In this document: in pieces, positions 1-9,797 of the stretch
How positions within the stretch are numbered: the first letter of the stretch is position 1
How the letters are laid out: the number at the start of each line of letters is the position of its first letter
Source of the DNA: Phaeosaccion multiseriatum
Lineage: Eukaryota; Protista; Ochrophyta, other classes
DNA length: 64,000 nucleotides
Assembly (NCBI GenBank): GCA_965112735.1
Contig: OZ218963.1
Coordinates: 2,046,001-2,110,000 of the forward strand
Direction: 5' to 3'
Program-made: the position numbers and the translations under genes
Notes under the pieces: model-generated
Told to the model about the DNA's origin: nothing
Seen by the model: the letters and a program-made list of their open reading frames with translations, nothing else
Databases searched by the model: none

Positions 1-2573
1 GAGCCACAATGGCCCCCGGCACGGCTTTGCAAGAAGCCTGCAAATACTCAATCCCTCGTCGGAGGTGGTGCTGAACTCGGTCCCCCACGGAAGTATCGGT
101 ACGAGGTGTTTTAGGGGCTGGGTCTCCGCCCTGTGAAGCTGCCCCCCTCCTTGGCGGCTTGGCGGGCGTCATTGTTACCATGTCTCCTCCCATGGAAGCC
201 GTCGTCGGAGTCGGCGGCTCCGCAGCGACGAAACCACCTTCTCCATCTTCCCTCCCTCCCTTCTCGCACATCCCGCTGCGGGTGTGGGCTTGCGAGGTTA
301 GGATGATGGCGGTTTGCATCTTGAGCATCCCTACATAAACCAAGAGCAACTTTCTGTCCCAAAACATGCCGTCGTCGCTGCTGGCATTGCTTCGAGCACT
401 TGCACCACTAGTCTCCTCCTCCTGCTGGCGCTGCTGTTGCTGGAAGGAGCGGGTGTATCCATACGCAAGCTGCAAGACCCCCTGCGCTCTCCCCGCCTTG
501 CCGGCCTTATCGAGGACATCAACGTAGTGCTGCAGCCAGTCCACATGAACCTGCCAGATCCCGGGGGGATGGGGGTGGGGGTGGCAGTAGAGTATAGCAT
601 CAAGAAGGATGTAAAAGGCATTGAGAAACACAATTGAGCTTGTCGCCAGTAACAGAGGGGCGGAACATGTCGTTGGAAGGGTGGTGCCTCAAACAAGTGC
701 TACTTGGTGCACCTTCTTCCAATGACGCGCCCACAGAGCGATGGATAGTTTCTTCGTAGCAGGGAGACCGAAAGGCTCATGGGAACCCTATCAGCACAAT
801 TCGGTTCCTCCGCAGCTCAAGAAGAAACGCCAGGAGGATCGCACAACACCAAGATTTGACAAAGGCCATGGCACTTACATGACAGAAACCCACGTCTGTC
901 GCTCTCGAAGAGGCTGCACCAGCAGAAGCCGCAGAATGATTGGTATCGTCGCTGCTGCTTGTGTCGCAAAGGGCCTGCGGCAGAGGCGGCCAAGTGCCGC
1001 TCCTGCCCTTCAAAAGCTGTAGGCATATGCCGTAAAAGTTGCCAATATCGCTGAATGTCAGAGAAGGGTAGCTGCGAGTTGTCCTATCCTCAGTGCTGGC
1101 ACGCGTGCTACTGCTCTCTCCTTCTCCGGCTCCAGTGGACAGGATTGCATGTCTCTCTGCAGCCACTCCGCTCCTGTGCACATGCTCTACAAAGGCCGCT
1201 TCGTCGAAGCGCTGCCCGCTCTTGCTCGCCAGAAAGCGCAGAGCCGTACCCCGACACCTCAAGGCCCATTGCAATCCGCTGCTGCACGCATTAGTCCCCC
1301 ACACATGCGTTGACCCCTCTTGCTCCTCATGCTGCTCCACGAGAGTAGCTGCACGCCATAGCAGCTTGAACATGTGGTCTCGGTACCCGTCAGCTGTGCC
1401 CGTCTCACCCAACACCTCCAACTGCTGCACCCACTCAAACGAGCAGTCGCAGAGGTGACTGGCAAAGACTTGCAGGTGGTCTCCCCCCCCCGCCTCCAGA
1501 AGACACCTACAGATATTCAGTAGGCCGCCGCTCACCAGCTTCACCAGTTGCAGACCTAGTGGAGGAGCCGAAGTGTGGCGGCCATTGCCAATCCTTCCCG
1601 TACTCTTGCCGCCGCTCTGGGGGGTGTCCTGAGAACTCCTACTGCTCCTCCTGCTGCTGCTACTACTACTACTGTGGATGCTGCTGCTGCTGCTTGTGGC
1701 GGCAACGGTAGCTCTCTCTTGGGGAGGCAAAGGGAAGGTACCGAGGAGAGTCAGAGGTTCAGCTCCGCTTGCACAAGCGGCAACGACAGCAGCATGGCAG
1801 TCAGCCCCCAAGGTGATGATCAGCGCCCTCTGGAACAAGCCGGCTGCGCGTAAACCACCGTTGAAATCCTTAAGCTCGATGCTCCTCGTCACCGCTTGGT
1901 AGAGGAGTCTCTCCATCGTTAGAGGAGGCACTGCAGTGTGCGCAGCCAGGGGGAGCAAGAGCTCGAGCGACTGGCAGGCTATAGCAACACTCTGCATTCG
2001 GCCCTCTCTATGCTGCTGCTGCTGCTGCTGGGGGCACACGGGCCCTCTCCCCCCCGCGTCTGAGTCGACCTTCCCGGTCTTAAGGCCTGCCTGCGCAAGC
2101 TTGAACAGAGCCATCGCGTCGCTATTTGCTGCATTCTTTAGCTTGCTGTCCACCTCCTCGATGTCTCTCGCACTCCGCTTACTATTCTTATCGCCTGTGA
2201 TTCTTCTTCCGCCGCAGTTCTCCTTATCCACCCCACTAGCGCCTCCTTCTTCCCCCCCTTCCTCCTCCTCCTCTTCCTTCCTGTTGCTCTTCTTGTTCTT
2301 CTTCCTCTGCTGCTGCTGCTTCTCCTTCTCCTCCTTCTCCTTCTGCTCCAGCAGCAGGAGCTGCAGCGGCTTGAGCTTCTCGCGCACCAGACCAATAAAG
2401 ACTGTACATGATCTCACGACGGCCGTTTGGTCTCGAGACACCAATCCAGCACCACTCCCAGTTACGGGGCCGTCACCGGTGCAATCCTCCCGAGGGCGGG
2501 CCGAGGAGATCGGAGCTAAGCTGAGAGAAGCTAAGCCTGCCACCAAGTCCTCCACGGACGCTCTTTCCCCCAT
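1..2573 (-). CDS. Large unknown, probably alpha-helical protein; 5' part of a gene running off the left edge (exons 2573-894 and 550-<1)
   Basis: 560-codon first exon from ATG 2573, then a GAC|GTGGGT donor at 893 and a CAG acceptor at 551. The next exon (VHVDWLQHYVDVLDKAG...) stays open to the window edge. No recognisable motif. Confidence 0.7.
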
Positions 2574-2694
2574 TACCTAGAGGAGATTTAGAGAGAAAAA
2601 AAAAATGGGGGAAATTTAGTTTGAATTTCAGTGAACGAGCCCCAATTCTTTTCCCTTTTTCTTTTTTTCTTTTCTTTTCTTTTACATTGTACTG

Positions 2695-3091
2695 TGATTT
2701 CGCGGTTGAGTGGCACTTTTGACGCCCCGTGATTCTTTTTTGACGCCAAATGACGATTACTTTGACGACGTTTGACGACTTTTGAACCCCTTTTTTACCC
2801 ACTTTAAAGCCCTCTTTGACGCACTTTGACGCCCTTTGACGCCCTTTGACGCCCTTTTATCTTAATTCGCCTTAATTTCGTCTAAAAAAAATCACTTAAA
2901 AAAAAATGACGGAAAAGGGCGTCAAAGGGCGTCAAAGAGCGTCAAAAGGCGTCAAAGGGTGTCAAATAGGGCTTTAGGCGTAAAAAAGTAAAAAAGGGGT
3001 TCAAAAGTCGTCAAACGTCGTCAAAGTAATCGTCATTTGGCGTCAAAAAAAAATCACGGGGCGTCAAAAGTGCCACTCAACCGCGAAATCA
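2695..3091. mobile_element. Foldback/MITE-like element with ~165-180 bp inverted arms and an AT-rich spacer; non-coding
   Basis: TGATTTCGCGGTTGAGTGGCAC... at 2695 is the reverse complement of ...GTGCCACTCAACCGCGAAATCA ending at 3091. The outer ~100 bp differ at one position. The arms contain tandem TTTGACG/CGTCAAA units. No clear TSD. Confidence 0.8.
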
Positions 3092-3139
3092 GTTCTTTTA
3101 TTTTTCTCTTTTTTTTCATTTTAATAACATAACTCACTA

Positions 3140-3290
3140 GATTTGCGGAAGAATCGCCAAATCACCCCCAATTTTTTCGCACGAGCTCCGCAAAACGACG
3201 CTGGGAGAAGCGCTATAGCTCTTCGTGTAGCTCCTTGAGATGCCTACCGAAGCCTTTTCAGCCCCCCCCCGATTTGGGCGATTCTTTTAT
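3140..3290 (+). repeat. Dispersed AT-rich repeat, copy 1 (internal inverted repeat GAATCGCC(C)AAATC...GATTTGGGCGATTC around a conserved core)
   Basis: The core CTCCGCAAAACGACGCTGGGAGAAGCGCTATAGCTCTTCGTGTAGCTC matches the reverse complement of 19321-19368 with one mismatch. Confidence 0.8.
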
Positions 3291-3511
3291 TTTAATTAAA
3301 AAGCGCATAAATCTAATAGCCAAACTCTCTCTCTCTCTAAAAAATTAACTAGTGAGGACCTTTCTGACTTTCTGCGGCGAAGACCTCGCAAGCTGCCGCT
3401 GCTTAGGTCGAGGAAGAGAAATTGACTCTTGATTTGTTCCAATGGACAACTCCCCTTCTATTATACACCTCCTCAAACCTACGAACGTGTTTGGAGAGTG
3501 AGTCCGTTGGT

Positions 3512-5707
3512 TCATCGGAGGCTGCGTATTCGTTTGCCTCCTGCCACCCTGGCCGGTTGGTGTGACCGCACCCCAGCCCCGGCTACCACGGGTAGCCGCG
3601 TCACTCCACCTTGTCGCTCGCTTCCTGCAGCACTAAACTTAACACTCCCACCACCCACACCCCTTCGCTCGCGGGCTGCTCGTACCGCTCGCACACCTGC
3701 CCCTACTCCCTGCGTCGAAGCCACAGACCTTGCCCCTGGGCCACGAGTGGGGCGAACTGAGCGTGCCCGGCCCCTCCCAGCAGCAACGAGATTCTTGCTG
3801 CTCAGAGGGGTGCCTCTGTGGGCCGACGACCTTCTCCTGAGGGGGCCCTCGCTCCTCGCCCTCGCTGCTCTGCTACCACCGCCGCCTCTGACATCGCGAG
3901 GTAGATGCAGGGGCCTTCGACCGCGCATTTGAGCACTGTTCGCAGCCGCCCCTACGGCAATTGCGCGGCGGCTGATGGCCCTGGGGCCCGCCCGGGCTCC
4001 ATTCCTTCCGCCACCATTGACTGCCTTCCTGAGGTCCTCTTTCCGCTTCGAGTATTCTGCTCGCATGTCGCTGAACTGCTGCATGTGCGCATTTTTCTCC
4101 TGCCTCCCCGCTGCCATTCCTCTTGCTGCGACCGCCCCTGGTCGCCCTCTCCCCGCTCTTCGCTGCTCCTGAGTCAGGCTCCCACGTGTCGTCGTGGATG
4201 ACGCCGTACCTCCTGCTACTCTTGCTGCTGCTGACTGTGTCTTCTTCGTTTCCAGCCATCCTCGAATGACCTTGTCCTGCCTCGCGATGCGTAAGGCCTC
4301 GGCTCTCTCTTTGGCCATCCTCTGCTTTGCTTTGCTTCGCTTCTGCTCCATGATGGCGCTACGATAGCCGATATTGCGTGCAGCTGCCATTTCGCCACGT
4401 CCATGACCGGGTATCCGGCCTCTCCTCCCGCCGCTCTTTCCTCCGACGTCGGGCAGCGACGTCAGGAAGGTACCACCATCCTCTTTTGGCCGATTCCGGC
4501 TGCTGCCGCTTTGGGTGGCTCGCGTTGATGCTCCCAAGCCCCTTGTTCCGCCTCTTGCCCCCGCCGACTTGCTCTGCAGTGTACCGCCTGCGAGTGAGCC
4601 AACTCCCCGCCCGCCCCCTATGGGAACCTTCTTCACAGCCGCTGTATAGTACATTTGCCCGGGCGTGTTGAGCGACGGGCCTTGTCTCTTCCGACTGAAC
4701 TGCAGCTTACTCATCGTCGCAGGAGCCTTCCTGGCACCCAAGGGCCCCAGTTTGACATCCTTTTCCTTGTCCTTGGCGTCGTCGTACAAATTGGTGGTCT
4801 CAAGGCTCGAGATGCGTTTCTCCAGCTCGAGGAGCTTGTCGAGGCTACCGAGGACAGTGTCAAGCGCCCCCACAACAGGTGCCTCCACGTCCTTCCCACC
4901 ATCGCCGCCAGTCGCCGCAGCCGAGTCGCTTCCGGCGTCTGCTTTGGGTGCCTTTCCTTTCAGAAGTTGCACCTTTTCCTTCTCGAGCTGTCGCTGTTGG
5001 GCCTTAAACAATTGCCGGCGCCTATTCAACTCCTCCCTCTTCTCGACCTGATCTCTGAGCCGCCTGAGGCTGTGAATGTGCGACTGAACCTCTCGGTCCA
5101 GCTTGTCCTCTGTGATTCGTTCCTTCTCCTCGTAGGAGGCGATAAAGTCGGCACTTACATGAAGGGGCTTGCTCTGCTCCTCCATAATAACCTGCTGCAT
5201 CCACACTGCTCGTTCTTCCAACGCCGAGGTTGCTTGGTTCAGAGACTTTGAGTTTCCAGGTGTGGTGGCACGTGGCAGACCATAGCTGCTACTGCTGCTA
5301 TCCGCGCCCCTAGCATCTCCAGTCGCAGCAGCAGCACTCTTAATCTGCTTGGTCTTGATGATGGCTGCTTTGAGAGCAGCCTCGTTGGCGAGCTTGTGCC
5401 AATGAAGCAGCTTCATCTCAGCCTGCAGATCCTCCACCATACTCCGGTCGGCAATGGCTTTGGCACCCCCAGGTGCAGGCCCTGCTGCTGCTACTGCTGC
5501 TGCGGCGGCGGTGGCGCCTCCGGCACTCGCCTTGAGGGCACCTGCCCCTCCCGCTGCGGGGGCCATCTCGCTTGAGGATGGAGCGCCAGTTCCCGGGCTC
5601 CGACCTCGACCTTGACCCTTCGCAAAGGCCTCAAACTCAGACGCCCACCCATCGTAGCTGTTCCCATCCACCGCAGGCCCCGCCGAAGCAGCCAGAGTGG
5701 CGGGCAT
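3512..5707 (-). CDS. Intronless coiled-coil protein with a basic Arg/Gly/Ala-rich C-terminus; function unknown (~731 aa)
   Basis: Long single ORF. The first ATG is at 5707 (the track's 5803 start is GTG). E/K/Q/R heptad-like segments are present. Confidence 0.75.
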   Translation of the reverse strand: MPATLAASAGPAVDGNSYDGWASEFEAFAKGQGRGRSPGTGAPSSSEMAPAAGGAGALKASAGGATAAAAAVAAAGPAPGGAKAIADRSMVEDLQAEMKLLHWHKLANEAALKAAIIKTKQIKSAAAATGDARGADSSSSSYGLPRATTPGNSKSLNQATSALEERAVWMQQVIMEEQSKPLHVSADFIASYEEKERITEDKLDREVQSHIHSLRRLRDQVEKREELNRRRQLFKAQQRQLEKEKVQLLKGKAPKADAGSDSAAATGGDGGKDVEAPVVGALDTVLGSLDKLLELEKRISSLETTNLYDDAKDKEKDVKLGPLGARKAPATMSKLQFSRKRQGPSLNTPGQMYYTAAVKKVPIGGGRGVGSLAGGTLQSKSAGARGGTRGLGASTRATQSGSSRNRPKEDGGTFLTSLPDVGGKSGGRRGRIPGHGRGEMAAARNIGYRSAIMEQKRSKAKQRMAKERAEALRIARQDKVIRGWLETKKTQSAAARVAGGTASSTTTRGSLTQEQRRAGRGRPGAVAARGMAAGRQEKNAHMQQFSDMRAEYSKRKEDLRKAVNGGGRNGARAGPRAISRRAIAVGAAANSAQMRGRRPLHLPRDVRGGGGSRAARARSEGPLRRRSSAHRGTPLSSKNLVAAGRGRARSVRPTRGPGARSVASTQGVGAGVRAVRAARERRGVGGGSVKFSAAGSERQGGVTRLPVVAGAGVRSHQPARVAGGKRIRSLR

Positions 5708-5836
5708 CGCCTCTCTCTCTCTCGCCACCCGTCGATCTGGAGGGCCTTGATCCTGATTGCCTTGGTCGAAACGCCCAGAAAAATTTGAGTTCCTTTTTTT
5801 CACCGGGTTGGATCATCGTCGACACAAAGCGACTTG

Positions 5837-8800
5837 ATGAGGCGTTGCAGTGGGCTTGTCCCACGGCTGTTGTCCTTAGTGTTTCTTGAGCTGTACGTGC
5901 TTGCCTTGCAGCTACCAACCAGAGGAGCGACTTTTGTCAGCCTGCTGAGTTTGGCTGTGGGTGGATTTCAGCTGTGGGGATGGGTTGCGGCCTCAGCAGC
6001 CCAGCAGCAGCAGGTGCGCCTGGCCAGGCCCAAGGTACCTCCACCTTGGATATTCCGCTACGATGCTCAGTATCAGAATCAGTTGCAGCAGCAGCAGCAA
6101 CAGAGGAAGAGGCTGTTCCCTCCTCCTCCAGGAAAGTGGAGGTATGAAGAGGGCACAGAAGCGGGGGGAGGGGGCGGGATGAGACAGCCCAGAAAGACGG
6201 GGCGGCTGCTCTTTGTGGCAGTGGGACTATATGGACACATGGTACCGCTACTAAGGCTCGCCGAGGAGATGGTCAGGAGGGGACATGACGTTACCTTTGC
6301 GACGCACGAGGCGGGGAAGGAGCTCATCAGGGGGACGGGCGTCAAGTTTTTGTCTCTGGGGCCAATGCCTTCCCCGAACATCAAACTGAATGCTAAGGTG
6401 AGTGGAGCATACAGAGCGATGGGCACTTTTTTTTGTCGTTCCTCTTTTAGTTTCTCTCTCTCTGAGTTTCTCTCTCTCTGCCTCCTTCCTTCGGCTTTCT
6501 CTCTTGTCTCTCCGCATCTGCCTCCCTCCCCCCTAACGGTCTGCCGCCTCGTCACACCCTGCTCAAACGTTTTTTTTCTACCCTCCTCTGTCGCCCCACT
6601 TTTGTGCTCCATCACTTCGTGCCCCTCTTCAAGCTGGCCCGCCTGACCCAGGAGCTGCCGACCATGCGGGGCCTGTTGTCCCTCCTGAATGAAATCTACG
6701 TGCCAATGCAGCGCCCCATGTACAAATCGCTGATGGCTTATCTTGCGCCACATCTGCTTCAGCCTTCGAAACGAGGGGATCAGAGAGATGGGCCCAGGAA
6801 AGGCGGACAAGGGCGAAGAGCAGGAGGGAGGGTGGACGGAGGGGACAAAGGACCAGGAGAGAGGGGCAGACAAGAGCAGTGTGCGCTGTACGAGAAGGGG
6901 AAAGGCGGGGACACAACCCGAGAAGATGGGAACGAGGTAGGACGAAAGGATAGGGGAGTGAAAGCAACGACGGCGGCTGGCAGCAGCTGCTGCGATGCGT
7001 GTGCGAAAAGACAAGTCGAGGCTACCAGTGGGACTGCCACAGGTGCGGTCGGCTGTGAGGAAGAATGTAGATACAGCGGGTCAGTCTCAGCGACGCAGAG
7101 ATCAGGAGGCTCGTCTGGCGGCGCCGTCAACGCTGTCGATGGGAAGGACAGGAGTAGTGAGGCACGAAGACAAGCAGAGGCTACGACCGCAGCCCTCGCT
7201 GCGGCTTCAAAGCCGCTGGATCCCAGAGTTGATTTGATGGTGATTGACGTTGCCGCTCTGGGCGCATTCGATGTAGCACACAAGCTACGGCTCCCTTACA
7301 TAATCAATTCGCCCACACCCCTCTTTGATGTGTCGGGAAAGACCAACAGCGCGACGACTCCAGGTATGCGGTAGGGGGGGGGAAGGAGACTCGCAGACAG
7401 GAGATGGGGGGGGGGCATATGGAGCAAGGGTGACCAGAGAGGCTTGTTTTTGTTGTTGTTTTTGTTAACGTATGTTAATCTCCTTTCGCTATGCTCTCCA
7501 CGTCTATTAGGTCTTTCCCATTTCCCTTTCTCTTTGCCGTTCTCCGCCCATCCTCAGTCCTAACGACCTACTCCCCATGCTGATCTCATGGAATGTCCCC
7601 ACCCCAGGTTGGGGCACGGGCCTGCACCCCAGAATGACGTTCTGGCAGCGTTGCACCAATTTCATGTTCCCACGCGTGTTGGCTCTTGCCCTTACACCGC
7701 CGCTCATGAGCATCAATCGGGTGCGAAGAGAGGCCGGCCTTCCTCCCTACCTATCCTTGGTACGGACCTTCAAATAGTATGATGAACATGTCTGAGTAGT
7801 GGAGTTCCTTCCTGATGATGAGCCTGACTGACTGTGGTCTCAGCTTCCCCACAGCTCAAGAACTCATCTCCACATGCCTCGTTCCCTTTCCGCGCCTCTC
7901 TTGCCTCTCTTGCCTCTCCCACCCTCACCACAAACCCACAGGACGCAGTTTTCAGGGGGACGCGCACGATCCTCAACACTGCTTTAGGCTTGGAGTACCC
8001 GGCTCTATCCGACCCAATGATTGATGCAGCGGGTCCTCTCTTGCCTTCCAACATTGCCCTGCAAATGACCAACACCTCATCTCTTCCTGCGGCGGGGATG
8101 AATGGTGATTTTGGGCCAGCACTGGCCGTACCCAAGGTCATTTCCCACTGGATGGAAGGCTACTCGGGAGTAGCTGTGGCAGACCCAAGTCCAACGCCAG
8201 AGGGGGCAAGCGGGCGTGGCAGCGGTGGCAGCGGAGGAGGAGGGGGCAGCAGTAGCGGCAGCGGGAGGAATAGACACAAGGACCGAAGCACAGGGGGGGG
8301 GGGCAGCGGGACTGTGCCTTCAGATGCCTCCGTGGCGACTCTGCCTCTGCAGCCCCCACCACTGCAGCCGCCACAGTCGGCTGGGGGAGTGGTTTACGTG
8401 AGCACTGGCCACATGCCTCGGCTGGAAGCCGGCCAGGTAGAGGCCATTATACAAGGCTTGGTGTGGGCGGGAGAGCCAGGTGCACTGCGGCACGCCAGTA
8501 GCAATTTCCGGGTGCTTTGGCTGGTGCCGCTCTCCCAAATGAGTATGCTGCCCCCCGTGCTGCCTCCCAACTTTCGCGTGCGGCAGACGGGTCTCATCCC
8601 CCACCTTCGCCTCTTGGCCCACCCTGCCGTGAAGCTGGTCCTGAGTCACTGTGGTCACACGGCGGCCCAAGAGGCACTGGTGTTTGGAAAGCCCCTACTC
8701 TGCATGCCGAAACTGGGAGATCAGCCCGACGTGGCAGCGAGAGTGATTGATTCCGGTGCAGGGATGTCTCTGCCCAAGGCGGACTGCGCACCACTGGAGG

Positions 8801-9501
8801 TGAAGGAGGCCGTGGTGCAGCTCTTGGACGACGAGGGGCAGGCATTCGCGCACGCCGCCGCGGAGGTCGGGGCTGCTCTGCGACGGGCAGGTGGTACGGT
8901 GCGAGCGGCGGATATCGTCGAAGACTCGCTGCAGCTTGGGCACAACTACCTCCGCTCGCCGGGACTGAGGCTCAAGTGGCACCAGTCCATAGGGATGGAC
9001 ATTGTTGCGGTTCTGTGTGCGGTTCTTTGTCTCATCTCTCTCGCCGCGTATGCGCTGGGGAGCACGACGTTGGCTTGCTATCAGTCGTGGTGCAGATCTG
9101 CCGGCAGCCGAAGGAGGCAAAAGCTGAGGAAGGCTAGCAGGGCGGCCATTTCAGCGGCGACTGATGCAACTGGTGCCGGCCCTGACCCTTCTATGCGCAG
9201 CATTGACGCCAAGTCCTACGAGGAAGCCGCTTCGGCAGCCGCGGCGACAGCAGCAGCAGCAGCAGCTGGAGCCGCGGTGCTAGAGCTGGAGGTGTTTACC
9301 GACCACCGCGGGGACACATACTTGCCAGACTACTTTGAGCAGTGGGATGAGCTGCCCAATGAGCGTCAGGCCGTGCAGCAGCAGGCGTTGCCGCCTCATC
9401 GTAAGGTCCCCGCGTCGATTTGCGCAGCTGCCTCTTCCACCGGTGTCTCAGACCGAACTGGAGGAGGAGGTGGGGACGAGGGGGGGGCTGGGTTGTTCTG
9501 A
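5837..9501 (+). CDS. Membrane-anchored UDP-glycosyltransferase (GT1/UGT family); exons approx. 5837-6397, 6634-7363, ~7608-7759, 7942-9501
   Basis: N-terminal GHMVPLLRLAEEMVRRGHDVTF motif. UGT signature IPHLRLLAHPAVKLVLSHCGHTAAQEALVFGKPLLCMPKLGDQ. Hydrophobic N-terminus, and a C-terminal TM helix followed by basic residues. Confidence 0.92.
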
Positions 9502-9631
9502 ACAGCGTTGCTTCGCTTGACGGCCCTCCACTCTCTTTCACTCCAACAGGGCTAATAAAGCGACTCTGTGAGCAAGTCTTATGTACGCAGCGAGCTCTCC
9601 CCGCTCCACCGACAGAGACCTTCAGACTAAA

Positions 9632-9632
9632 A

Positions 9633-9706
<74 letters not shown>
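9632..9706. repeat. (GT)n microsatellite
   Basis: Direct reading of the sequence. Confidence 0.95.
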
Positions 9707-9708
<2 letters not shown>

Positions 9709-9797
9709 CCGAAGTACCCGAGTCGAAGTGTACAATAGTAAACGAGGAGGGAGAAGAAAAAAAAAGGAAAAAAGAAAAAGAAGACAAGAAGGAAACG

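Noticed and set aside
1-2573. Possible separase N-terminus
   Set aside because: Only a general helical character; no diagnostic motif lies inside the window.
2811-2970. Regular 10-bp repeats as a CRISPR or iteron array
   Set aside because: No unique spacers, eukaryotic context, and the repeats are part of inverted arms.
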